Shown here: positions 29,904 through 39,896 of the stretch, one piece after another
Layout: each line of letters starts with the position of its first letter
How positions within the stretch are numbered: the first letter of the stretch is position 1
Assembly: GCA_964385755.1 (NCBI GenBank)
Contig: CAYLPZ010000003.1
Location: 65,052 to 129,051, forward strand
Direction of reading: 5' to 3'
Length of the DNA: 64,000 nucleotides
Source: an uncultured Coprobacillus sp.
GTDB lineage: Bacteria > Bacillota_I > Bacilli_A > ML615J-28 > CAG-698
The notes under the pieces: generated by a model
Told to the model about the DNA's origin: nothing
Databases searched by the model: none
The model's input: only the letters and a program-made list of their open reading frames with translations
Program-made: the position numbers and the translations under genes

Positions 29904-31832
29904 TTATTTAATATTAGTCATTCGTTCAATTGTTTTACATTTACCTTCTTCTAATCTTTCTTGGTTTGACAAAATGTAAGTATTACCTTTTGTTCTTGTG
30001 ATTGCAGTATAAACAATCTCACGTGTAAGAAGTGGATGACCTTTCTTTTTTGGCAGAATAACTAAAATATTTTTAAAATCTGATCCTTGTGATTTATGAA
30101 TTGAAATAGTATACGCTAATGTAATTTCATCAGATGCAAATAATCTAACAGGATAGAATAAATATTCTCCTAATTTAAAAATCTTATTTTCTCTCTTTCC
30201 ATCTTCAGTATAAAACTTTGAAGTCTTCTTTAGCATTAAGTATAAAGTATCATCTTCTGCGAAAGAAACAATTATTCCTGTATCTCCATTATATACTTCT
30301 AATGTAGTGTTGTTTTTAGTGATCATAATAATCATTCCTGGGTAATAACCATTATATTCACTCTTGTAAGTCTTATCTATTACTAAATTTTTAACTAGTT
30401 CATTGATTTTAATATTCCCTCTTAATCCTTCGTTCTCAGCAGTTAAGATTCTTGACAGTTCAATTTCACTTTCTAATGTCTTAAGTACATCTAAATCATA
30501 CTCGCTTAGATTACTAGCTTTTCCTTGTAGATTCTTATAAAAATGTTTAGCCCAAACACCTACTACTTTCTTTATGATTTCTTCTTCAGAGGCTTTTTCA
30601 TCATTATCTAAGTAATAATATATAGGTTTTGTAACAAAGTTATCTTCCTCTATTTTAAAAGAATCATAGTTCTTCCATTCACTACTTGAAACTGGCAACT
30701 CTTGATTATTATTAATTGCGTTTGCTAGAGCGTATATTTTAGTTTTATCTGAAAATCTAATCGATACATCTAAGGCAACTATATTATCTTTTAGTGTATC
30801 CATTTTTAATAAATCACCAAAAACGGCACCACAATCAACTGATGGAAGTTGATTCTTATCACCCATGATAAAAAGTTTTGCATTAGTAGGAATAGCTTCT
30901 AAAAGAGATGAGAATATATTTATATCAATCATACTTGCTTCATCGATAATAAAAATCGAATTTTCATCAAATTGATTACTTCGATTTTTCGAAAAAGTAT
31001 TTGTCATACTACTATACGCAAGTAAGCGATGAATAGTTGCTTCATTTGATTTCTTTATTTTCTCTATAATATCATTATTGTTTAAAATAAACTCTTCTTT
31101 TAATCTACTTATTCCACCCAAAATGCTTTCTTTCATTCGTCCTGAAGCTTTTCCACTTGGAGCGGCTAAATATATTTCATATTCACTATTCTGTAGTAAT
31201 AAACTAATTAATAAAAATAAAATTGATGTGGTTTTACCAGTACCTGGTCCACCAGTAATAATTAAATTTTTATTAATACCTTCTTCTATTGCTTTTTTCT
31301 GTCCGAAAGATAAATTAAAACTAGATTTGTTTTCTAACCAATTTTCATATGATTCACAAGTGAAAGTTGTATTTGTAGTTTTAAACAACCTTCTAATGTC
31401 ATATTCAATTGATGTTTTTGCTTCATAATATTTTCTTGTATAGATGTAATCATCTTTTATAACAAATAAACCATATTCACCAAATATGCTTGAATTTTTT
31501 TTATCATTTAATAAGTTTAATGCTTTTTTTACAAATTCACATGCATTATCATAAATCACATCATACTCTAAAATATTATACTTTGGATTATCACCATATA
31601 ATACCTTTCTTCCCTGGCACTTTACCAAAAATCTATTTAAGATACCATTCTCATCAAGTAACATACATGTATTTCCATCATCAATAAATGAAAAATATAA
31701 AAGTAGAAAGCATAAAACATCATCTTCACTGATATCTAAAGAAAGCATTTGACAAACTTTTTGCCAGATAGGACTTAACAAATCATTTTTTACAAGTAAA
31801 TTACAAAATTCTTGATAATTCATAAAATCCAT
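29904..31832 (-). CDS. recD: exodeoxyribonuclease V alpha subunit (RecD, SF1 helicase)
   Basis: IITGGPGTGKTT...LAAPSGKAS...ATIHRLL...FIIDEASMIDI...LFIMGDKNQLPSVDCGAVFGDL tracks E. coli RecD motif by motif. Confidence 0.75.
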   Translation of the reverse strand: MDFMNYQEFCNLLVKNDLLSPIWQKVCQMLSLDISEDDVLCFLLLYFSFIDDGNTCMLLDENGILNRFLVKCQGRKVLYGDNPKYNILEYDVIYDNACEFVKKALNLLNDKKNSSIFGEYGLFVIKDDYIYTRKYYEAKTSIEYDIRRLFKTTNTTFTCESYENWLENKSSFNLSFGQKKAIEEGINKNLIITGGPGTGKTTSILFLLISLLLQNSEYEIYLAAPSGKASGRMKESILGGISRLKEEFILNNNDIIEKIKKSNEATIHRLLAYSSMTNTFSKNRSNQFDENSIFIIDEASMIDINIFSSLLEAIPTNAKLFIMGDKNQLPSVDCGAVFGDLLKMDTLKDNIVALDVSIRFSDKTKIYALANAINNNQELPVSSSEWKNYDSFKIEEDNFVTKPIYYYLDNDEKASEEEIIKKVVGVWAKHFYKNLQGKASNLSEYDLDVLKTLESEIELSRILTAENEGLRGNIKINELVKNLVIDKTYKSEYNGYYPGMIIMITKNNTTLEVYNGDTGIIVSFAEDDTLYLMLKKTSKFYTEDGKRENKIFKLGEYLFYPVRLFASDEITLAYTISIHKSQGSDFKNILVILPKKKGHPLLTREIVYTAITRTKGNTYILSNQERLEEGKCKTIERMTNIK

Positions 31833-31837
31833 CCTCC

Positions 31838-34800
31838 TTAATACATTTTGTCTTTAACGATCTTTTGATATGCATTTTGTAATTCATTATATGACTTCCA
31901 TGTTTGTGCATATACTCCATTTCCACTATCTTTGTTACATCCACGCAAAAATACATAATATATACCACCAAAGTGGTTATCAAATATCTCTTCTTCTGTT
32001 TCATTATTGTAAATATTCTTAAGCCATTTTATAAGAGTATATGAATATAATACTCTTTGGATTGAATAACAATTATCAACATGTTTTTTGATATCTTTAT
32101 TATTATAGCTTAATAAATCTGAATCATTTAATATATCTGATTTCCAGTCAAGTACAGAATAATACTGTCCACGCTTAAACACTAAATCGATAAAACCATT
32201 ACAATAGTTTCGTAAACTATATAAGTCATTATTAAATATAAATTCCATTTCAGCTTTGTAATCCTTTGTTGGTAGCGAATTTAGTTTTATATTCCCTTCA
32301 ACTTTGTTAGCACCATGGATTATCGGAAGTTTTGAAGAAAGAACTTCTCTTACTATTCTTTTAGAATCCTCAATCCATTCCTCTTTTGTTTCAATTCCTT
32401 CTTCGTTAAATGACGAGATAATAATTTCTTTTAAAGCATCATCATCTATATTATCAAAATCATATCTTTCAAAGATGCTGTGTAAAGCTGTCCCAATTTT
32501 ATTTCCCTTAGGAAAGTCTTTACTTAAACTAATGCATTCTTCATTTGTAAAATCACTCTCCACAAACAAAGCATTTTGATCATACATCGAAATTGCATCT
32601 TTTATTTCAATTCCTTCTTTATCAACATTTTTATTATCATCAACGATTATGTCATCTTCAAAATCACTTCTTTCATTACTATGTGAAAGTGAAGTATAAG
32701 AATGTTTAAAAATCAATTTACCAAACTTATCTCTTATAAGTGTTTTTAATATCGCATCTTGTTCTTCTTTGCTATCAATAATATCGTTTTCTGCTATTTT
32801 ATTTTCTTTCTCTAAATTTATAGATAGAATTTTCTTAACATCCTCTGTTCTAGAAGATTTATTGCTAGATTTAATAACATTAACTAATCGATAGTTGTTA
32901 CTATCACTTTCGATTAATTCATTTGTAGTATTTGCGATAAATGAAAATGGCTCTTTTAATGGTCTATAAAACGGAATAAACAATAAATATTCTGCTCTTG
33001 TATAATCAACATAGAATATGTTTTTCCATTCTAAGGCGTTCTCAATTAAATATTTTTCTTTATTTGAAGAAATAACAGGTTTTTCATCTTCATGAATCAA
33101 GTTATAAGAAGAATCGATTGGACCCTTTTCACCACCCATTGAAATTACAATTGGAAATTGTAGTCCCTTTGATGCATGAATTGTCATAATTTTTACCGCA
33201 TCAAAATCAGTACCTTTTTCTATTATTCCACAGTTTTCATTATCATTTGTTGATTTATTTGTAAAGCTTTTTAAATGATGAATTAAATCAACTAAATCAT
33301 GATCATTAGATAAATATTCGCATGAGTATCTACATAATTGTTTTATCTTTGACAATGATTGAATATTATCAGGCCCACTAAGTGTATATAATACTTTAGA
33401 ATCATTAATAATAGAGTCAATAAGGTTTTCCCACTTTTTGCTTCTTGCAAGTTCCTGCCATTCTAGTATTATTTCCATTTCCTCAGTATCATTGCGTTCA
33501 TATTTTTCTAAATTGAGTTCTCTTATACTTTTATTAAAAAAGCATGTGAAAAGAGCTTTTTTAAATGCTTTTCGATTATACTGCGTAAAATCATCCTTAA
33601 CTAATGCTTCAAAAATAGCAATTAAGTGTGCACATTCTTTGTCTGTAAAAAGTGACTCATCTTTATTACGAATACAAGGAATTCCATTTTTTCTAAGTTC
33701 CTTTTCAATAGAAAACATCTCACTTCTTGTTTTCGCAAGTACACAAATATCTTTAAATGACACATTTCTTTTCTTTTTTACTATTATGTCATTTACTTTT
33801 TCATTATAGAAAAGTTGTAACCTTGTGTTTCCTTTTTCATCATACGAACACATATCTATTAAATAGTTTGCAACAGTTTTACTATAGCTATATGGTTCAC
33901 AATATTTATTTTCTTCATCATAAACAACCCATATTGGTTCTATTTCTTTTCCATCAAAACAGGCCATTAAACTTTTTTGATCATTTACTTGTGGTGCTTT
34001 TGACTTTATAAAAGTATCACCAAAAAAACTTTTTGCTTTGCATAAATCATTACAACCTGCGATCATTTGTGGTGTTGAACGATAGTTAACATCAAGTAAC
34101 TCTCGTTTAGCCCCATAATCTTTTAAATATTTTATTGCATCGATATATGCATGTAAATCTGCTCCTTGAAATGAATAAATTGATTGCTTTGGATCTCCAA
34201 CAACAATTATATGATGATTTTCATCTTCTAAAAATATCTTCTTAAAAATATCCCATTGTTTTTGATTTGTGTCTTGAAATTCATCAATAATTGCTAAAGA
34301 GTATCTGTCTTTTATTTTTTGCTTCAAAGGACCATCACTACATATTTCTTCACGAACATATGCTATCATATCATTAAATGATTGCAATTTTCTTTTCTTC
34401 TTTTCTTCTTGCCAACTTATATATAAATCATCTATATATGTTAAAATTAATAATTTAACTATTGTTTGATTAAAAGTTTTTTTATCAAAATAATCTTTAT
34501 ATGTTTTTATTTTCGAAAACATTTCTTTTTCATAGTCACTAAATTTTTTAATTGTATTGTTATTAAACTTATGACCATTAAAGCTAATTACCCTCTTTTC
34601 ATCAAATTCTTCTTTTATGTTTACTAATAATTTATTCAAATTAGGATAATTGTTATCTGATAATACATCATATATTTCTTTAAACCTTTTGTTTTTAGAA
34701 ATAAATTCATCAAGATTATTAGAATCAATCATATCAATAATAAAATCTAAATCAACATCATTCAATATACTTTTATCAATTGATACGATTTCTTTACGTT

Positions 34801-35242
34801 CTTTGTAATCTTTATCTAAATAATATAGATTAACTACTGTTTTTAGATTTCTCTTTAACGTATCTATATTGATATCATATTCATAAAACTTTTCAATATA
34901 GTTAAATATCTTTGTATCTCTAATATATGACTCCAAAAAATTATCAAATTCCACACCACTAGTCACATCTAAGCTCATTGGTTGGTTAGAGGCAATAGCA
35001 TACTCATAAAGCATTCTTTGACAAAAAGCATGAAATGTATAGATTTCACTATTTTTATCTGACTTTATTGATCTACGGACGCGAGCTTTAAGCTCTCCCA
35101 CTGCTTTTTCTGTGTAAGTTAATATCAGTATTTTATCTAAGCTTATTTCTTCTGTGAAAACTTCTAACATTTTGATAATGTTATAAGTCTTACCAGTCCC
35201 AGCAGAGGCTTCAATATAATAATTATCTATCTTGTTTATCAT
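31838..35242 (-). CDS. recB: exodeoxyribonuclease V beta subunit (RecB, UvrD-like helicase + RecB-family nuclease)
   Basis: The N-terminal IEASAGTGKTYNI matches RecB LIEASAGTGKTFTI. UvrD-family helicase motifs are present. The C-terminal nuclease motif GFIDLVFKRGQYYSVLDWKSD fits GxID...D-YK. The stop overlaps the recD start and the start overlaps the recC stop. Confidence 0.75.
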   Translation of the reverse strand: MINKIDNYYIEASAGTGKTYNIIKMLEVFTEEISLDKILILTYTEKAVGELKARVRRSIKSDKNSEIYTFHAFCQRMLYEYAIASNQPMSLDVTSGVEFDNFLESYIRDTKIFNYIEKFYEYDINIDTLKRNLKTVVNLYYLDKDYKERKEIVSIDKSILNDVDLDFIIDMIDSNNLDEFISKNKRFKEIYDVLSDNNYPNLNKLLVNIKEEFDEKRVISFNGHKFNNNTIKKFSDYEKEMFSKIKTYKDYFDKKTFNQTIVKLLILTYIDDLYISWQEEKKKRKLQSFNDMIAYVREEICSDGPLKQKIKDRYSLAIIDEFQDTNQKQWDIFKKIFLEDENHHIIVVGDPKQSIYSFQGADLHAYIDAIKYLKDYGAKRELLDVNYRSTPQMIAGCNDLCKAKSFFGDTFIKSKAPQVNDQKSLMACFDGKEIEPIWVVYDEENKYCEPYSYSKTVANYLIDMCSYDEKGNTRLQLFYNEKVNDIIVKKKRNVSFKDICVLAKTRSEMFSIEKELRKNGIPCIRNKDESLFTDKECAHLIAIFEALVKDDFTQYNRKAFKKALFTCFFNKSIRELNLEKYERNDTEEMEIILEWQELARSKKWENLIDSIINDSKVLYTLSGPDNIQSLSKIKQLCRYSCEYLSNDHDLVDLIHHLKSFTNKSTNDNENCGIIEKGTDFDAVKIMTIHASKGLQFPIVISMGGEKGPIDSSYNLIHEDEKPVISSNKEKYLIENALEWKNIFYVDYTRAEYLLFIPFYRPLKEPFSFIANTTNELIESDSNNYRLVNVIKSSNKSSRTEDVKKILSINLEKENKIAENDIIDSKEEQDAILKTLIRDKFGKLIFKHSYTSLSHSNERSDFEDDIIVDDNKNVDKEGIEIKDAISMYDQNALFVESDFTNEECISLSKDFPKGNKIGTALHSIFERYDFDNIDDDALKEIIISSFNEEGIETKEEWIEDSKRIVREVLSSKLPIIHGANKVEGNIKLNSLPTKDYKAEMEFIFNNDLYSLRNYCNGFIDLVFKRGQYYSVLDWKSDILNDSDLLSYNNKDIKKHVDNCYSIQRVLYSYTLIKWLKNIYNNETEEEIFDNHFGGIYYVFLRGCNKDSGNGVYAQTWKSYNELQNAYQKIVKDKMY

Positions 35243-38057
35243 CTAAAACCTCCAAGAATTTCATCAAACTTTTTTGCCTTTCCCTAATCTCTTTCCATAG
35301 ATTTAAGTAATTACTTTCGTTATAACCTAAATCTTTGTAAAAATCAATCATATCTCTATGTTCAAAGTATTTCCAAGCGCTACTATTTTGTATGTTATAT
35401 ATAAAATCTTTATATTTATCATAGTTTGCATTACCTTTTACCATGCTAAATGGAGCAGAATAGATATTATCAAAGTCATAATAAGCAAAATAAATATTAT
35501 TTAAATAATGTTTTGCTTCTTTCTTTGTTAAAGTGTAATCACATTTTTCTCTTCCATTAATAAAAATATTATATTCTTTATCTTCATAAACATCTGATGC
35601 AACGTCAACAAGTGAAATAAGATATAACCTAATCTCATTTACACTATTATCATTGATAAGAGCATATTTTATATCATTTCCACTTGTAACTTTTACAAAT
35701 TCTTTATCATATTCAATTGTCCACTTTAATATACTTTGATTATCAATGATAAGGTCTATTTCTAGATCATTTAAATTTGTTACAACTAAAGATTGTCCAT
35801 ACTTACTTATAATATCATCTTTTATTTTTATAGCCTTTTCTTTTTCTTTTTGAAATTCAATTTCACCTATTTTACCAGAGTGTAAAGTGTAATCCATTGT
35901 ATTTAATTCTTTATTACTATTAAAAACATCTGATGGGTTTTCATTTTTAAGAAGACTAGTTGCTATTTTATTATAAATGTTAAATTGTTGTAGATTATCA
36001 AGACTAAATGGTTCATATTCACACTTTATTTTTTCAAAATAATCATCTGTTTTTTCAAATAAACGTTTTAAGTGGTGAACAAATGGATCTTTTAAGAACT
36101 CTTCAAGGTCCTTTAATTTCATTTTTTTACTTTGTTCAAGTAAGGCTCCTTCATCTTCTATTCTAATATTATCTTCATCTTCCTCTAATAGTTTTGTGTA
36201 GTAACCTTTATTCATATACTCAAGCTTTGTATATAATGTTCCCCATTTTCTATCCTCATCAAGTTTATACGTTGTAATGTTGTTACTTGTAATATAATTT
36301 GATACAGCTTCGGAAGGAAAATATTCCTCTAATGTCGTTAAATTAACATTAACATAACTAATAAACACTTCTTTAGCGTTTGATATAAGTTTATTAACTA
36401 TTGTACATCCATCTTTGATAGAAGTATCTTCTTTAATATTCAAAAAAAGTTCTGATCTACTTTTCTTGCTTGGATAGTTTTTTGAACTCATCCCTAGCAT
36501 AAAAATATATTTTGAAGTGTAGTTTGCATCATCATTCAAATTAGTGAATGTAACTCCACTAGTAAACATAGTCCCCTTTTGCATTATTGATTTTGAAGTT
36601 GCATCTAAAATAGCATAAATGAATGTCTTAACTAGCACTTTACTTGTGTGCGAATATTTCCATTTGTTTATTTCTTTAAGCAAATTTTTGTAAAATACAT
36701 TTTCTAAACTACTTTGATTATTTGTAACAAATAACCATTTGTTCATCTCTTCAATAAAAGCATCAAAATACTCAGAAGTCAAAATATCTTTATTTAAGTT
36801 TTTTATTAGTGATGATAAATCATCAATAAGATCAATAAATTTAACAATAACATCATCTGAAAGACTAATATTTGAAAATGGCAAGTAATAATGATTATCT
36901 ATTATTCCTTTATTTTCTACAGTTATATTATTATTAATTAATTTAGATAATAGCATTCTTTTCTTAGCATATTCAAAATCTAATTTTTCTTCATGATTGC
37001 GATATGCATTCATATTAACTAAACATTGCATAAGGACTAATGCATCATCACTAGTTATGTCCCTTGCCTTTTGTATTAATTTATTTGATAATAATTCATA
37101 GATATCATATCGAGTATATGTTTTTCTAGTAATAATATCCATTAGCCTTGAAAGAGCATTAATAAAGGAGCTATCTTCTTTTTTCATATCTAAGATATTA
37201 TATGGTATTTTTGGATAATTCTTATCGTCTTGATTAAAAACTCGATTAATTGTTGACTGATAATTTGTGATATTTGGTGCTAAAACCAAGAAATCACTAT
37301 ACTTAACATTCTTTTCTCTAAGTAGAGAGCAAATGTGTGAATGCATTACTTCAACTTCCCTAAGTATAGAAGGGCAAGAACTAAATGTTATCTTTGCTTC
37401 TGTTTTTTCACTCTCTTTAGTCTCATATACTTTAATATTATTTGAGATACTTAGTTTATTAATAATCTCTTTTGATAATTTATCTAGTTTTGAAAAACCA
37501 AATATATAAACTGGATTATCATTTGGAATAATATTACTATCTTCAAATAAATTCCTAAGAGTTGTTAATCCATTATTTTGTAAATATTCTATTGATTTTC
37601 GGTATAAAATATTTTGAAATGAATCGCTAACATCATAAAGTTCACTTTCATATTCATTGAACACTTCAACCATCTTTGTGATATAATCATAAAACTTTAT
37701 TGGATGGTATTTATCTTTATCATATATATACCTTTTTATATTATCTGGCATTAAAGAAGTTACTAAAGGATCTTCTAAAACCTTTGCAATAGCAACGCGA
37801 AAATCACTGTTATTAGCAAGACGATACCTATTTTCATTAGATAATTGTTCGAGAAAAAAAGGTTTTAATCTTTTAAATGATACGTTCATTAATATGCCAT
37901 TATCATCATTAAGCCATAAATATTTAAGTTGCTCTTCAATCTTTAAATTTGGAGTAATAATAATAGGAGTTATATAAAAATTCATTTTATTTTTTAATTC
38001 ATTAAAAAGATTATTTGCAAGATTTTTAATTAATTCATCATTCTTATATTCTAACAT
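35223..38057 (-). CDS. recC: exodeoxyribonuclease V gamma subunit (RecC-like)
   Basis: A 944-aa protein lacking a Walker A, sitting first in a recC-recB-recD order and translationally coupled to recB. The N-terminal region has RecC-like pattern similarity. The call rests mainly on synteny. Confidence 0.55.
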   Translation of the reverse strand: MLEYKNDELIKNLANNLFNELKNKMNFYITPIIITPNLKIEEQLKYLWLNDDNGILMNVSFKRLKPFFLEQLSNENRYRLANNSDFRVAIAKVLEDPLVTSLMPDNIKRYIYDKDKYHPIKFYDYITKMVEVFNEYESELYDVSDSFQNILYRKSIEYLQNNGLTTLRNLFEDSNIIPNDNPVYIFGFSKLDKLSKEIINKLSISNNIKVYETKESEKTEAKITFSSCPSILREVEVMHSHICSLLREKNVKYSDFLVLAPNITNYQSTINRVFNQDDKNYPKIPYNILDMKKEDSSFINALSRLMDIITRKTYTRYDIYELLSNKLIQKARDITSDDALVLMQCLVNMNAYRNHEEKLDFEYAKKRMLLSKLINNNITVENKGIIDNHYYLPFSNISLSDDVIVKFIDLIDDLSSLIKNLNKDILTSEYFDAFIEEMNKWLFVTNNQSSLENVFYKNLLKEINKWKYSHTSKVLVKTFIYAILDATSKSIMQKGTMFTSGVTFTNLNDDANYTSKYIFMLGMSSKNYPSKKSRSELFLNIKEDTSIKDGCTIVNKLISNAKEVFISYVNVNLTTLEEYFPSEAVSNYITSNNITTYKLDEDRKWGTLYTKLEYMNKGYYTKLLEEDEDNIRIEDEGALLEQSKKMKLKDLEEFLKDPFVHHLKRLFEKTDDYFEKIKCEYEPFSLDNLQQFNIYNKIATSLLKNENPSDVFNSNKELNTMDYTLHSGKIGEIEFQKEKEKAIKIKDDIISKYGQSLVVTNLNDLEIDLIIDNQSILKWTIEYDKEFVKVTSGNDIKYALINDNSVNEIRLYLISLVDVASDVYEDKEYNIFINGREKCDYTLTKKEAKHYLNNIYFAYYDFDNIYSAPFSMVKGNANYDKYKDFIYNIQNSSAWKYFEHRDMIDFYKDLGYNESNYLNLWKEIRERQKSLMKFLEVLDDKQDR

Positions 38058-38153
38058 TAAAAACCCCTCCTTGATTTATATTATAAAGTGAATAGCTAAT
38101 TAATTCAAGTAAAAAAACATAATAGTGAAAACTATTATGTTTTATTATTATAC

Positions 38154-39821
38154 CTATTTACTTTCGCCTTTTTCTAAAGCTAAAGTTCTTGTTGTTAAAT
38201 CACATACCTCACTTGGTCCATAATATTGGATTGCGCCAGGAAATACATAACAAGTTTCTATAGCCCATTTCTCACGGTTTTCTGCAAAGTATTTGAATGG
38301 TTTACCATCAAGTTCAACTAATGCTTTTTTGATAACTGGTTTATCTTCTCCATGTCTTCTTTCGATATTCATCATTTTAGTAATTGGCATACCACCAGCA
38401 ACCCATTCTTCAGCAGGTTTAGAAAGATTAGATACTTTTGATAAATAACCATTGTATCCATATTGGATAAGCATAAATGCATTGTAACCAAGTGAATAGC
38501 AGTAGTCTGCATCGAAATTAGATGGGAATGCACATCTTCCTTCATAACCAAAGAAATGGTGGATTGGGTTAAATTTACCTTTATATGTACCTTTTTGTTT
38601 TCTTTCAGCTAATTTATCTTTAACTAAAGCAGAGAATAATTTTTCAGATTCAATTAATGAAACTTGAACATTTCCATGAGGATCTCTTTCTAAGAATAAT
38701 TGTTGTTGAATTCCTTGTGGTAATAAAGCAAATACAGCCATAGATGCTTTTGTTAATCCTTTTTCAATGAATGCATACTTTTCTTCCCATGATTGTAAAG
38801 CATTGAAAGCATCTTGTTTGCTTCCAGCAAGCATTTCATTTATTTCAGAAATTAATACTTTAAACTCAGGAACAAATTCAACTAAGCCTTCAGGAATAAT
38901 AGCAACACCAAAATTCATGCCATTGTTACTTCTTGTTTCTACAGAATCAGCGATATAGTTAGCAATTTGAGAAAGTCCCATTTTCTTCTCTGCAACTTCT
39001 TCAGAGATTAAGCAAATATTAGGTTGAGTTTCTAATGCACATTCTAGTGCAACATGAGATGCACTACGTCCCATTACTTTAACAAAGTGCCAATATTTTT
39101 TAGCAGAATTTGCATCTCGCTCAATATTACCAATTAATTCACTATATGTTTTTGTAGCAGTATCAAAGCCAAATGAGCATTCGATATCTTCATTTTTTAA
39201 ATCACCATCAATAGTCTTAGGACAACCAATAACTTGTACACCAGCATTAGTTCTTGCGAAATATTCAGCAAGTACAGCCGCATTTGTATTTGAATCATCA
39301 CCACCAATGATAACAATTGCAGTGATGCCATGTTCTTTGCATACTTTAGCAGCTACTTCAAATTGTGCTTCTGTTTCAAGTTTTGTTCTGCCAGAACCAA
39401 TAATATCAAAACCACCAGTATTACGATATGCATCAATATATGCATCATCAAATACTAAATAGTCATTTTCAATTAATCCACTTGGTCCATTTTTAAAGCC
39501 AATAAGTATATTTTCTTTATCTGTTTGTTTTAAAGCATCATACAAACCACAAATAACATTATGTCCACCAGGAGCTTGACCACCTGATAAAATAACACCT
39601 ACAACTTGTTTCTTAGAAACAGAAGTATTCTCTCCCTTAGCAAACGTGATTTCTTTTTTTCCATATGTATTAGGAAATAATGCTTTAATTTTTTCTTGAT
39701 CAGCTACACTTTGTGTTTCATTTCCTTCTTTTACAGTAATTTGTGAAATACCATTTCTTAACATACCAGGAAGTTTTGGAACATAAGAATATCTAGCTTT
39801 TTGTAAAGGTGTAACACTCAT
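38154..39821 (-). CDS. pfp: pyrophosphate-dependent 6-phosphofructokinase (long PFP type)
   Basis: GGDDS (Asp instead of Gly) and PKTIDGD (Lys) are diagnostic of PPi-PFK. The 555-aa length fits the long-type enzymes. Confidence 0.8.
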   Translation of the reverse strand: MSVTPLQKARYSYVPKLPGMLRNGISQITVKEGNETQSVADQEKIKALFPNTYGKKEITFAKGENTSVSKKQVVGVILSGGQAPGGHNVICGLYDALKQTDKENILIGFKNGPSGLIENDYLVFDDAYIDAYRNTGGFDIIGSGRTKLETEAQFEVAAKVCKEHGITAIVIIGGDDSNTNAAVLAEYFARTNAGVQVIGCPKTIDGDLKNEDIECSFGFDTATKTYSELIGNIERDANSAKKYWHFVKVMGRSASHVALECALETQPNICLISEEVAEKKMGLSQIANYIADSVETRSNNGMNFGVAIIPEGLVEFVPEFKVLISEINEMLAGSKQDAFNALQSWEEKYAFIEKGLTKASMAVFALLPQGIQQQLFLERDPHGNVQVSLIESEKLFSALVKDKLAERKQKGTYKGKFNPIHHFFGYEGRCAFPSNFDADYCYSLGYNAFMLIQYGYNGYLSKVSNLSKPAEEWVAGGMPITKMMNIERRHGEDKPVIKKALVELDGKPFKYFAENREKWAIETCYVFPGAIQYYGPSEVCDLTTRTLALEKGESK

Positions 39822-39896
39822 AATTTTTCTCCTTATATTTAATTTAATTTTTACTAATAATTATTATATCATACTTTGGGATAAAAATAAATATTA

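Noticed and set aside
31078-34011. Plus-strand ORFs within recD and recB (31078.., 31490.., 32304.., 33438.., 33757..)
   Set aside because: Antisense within large helicase genes; AT-rich low-complexity translations.
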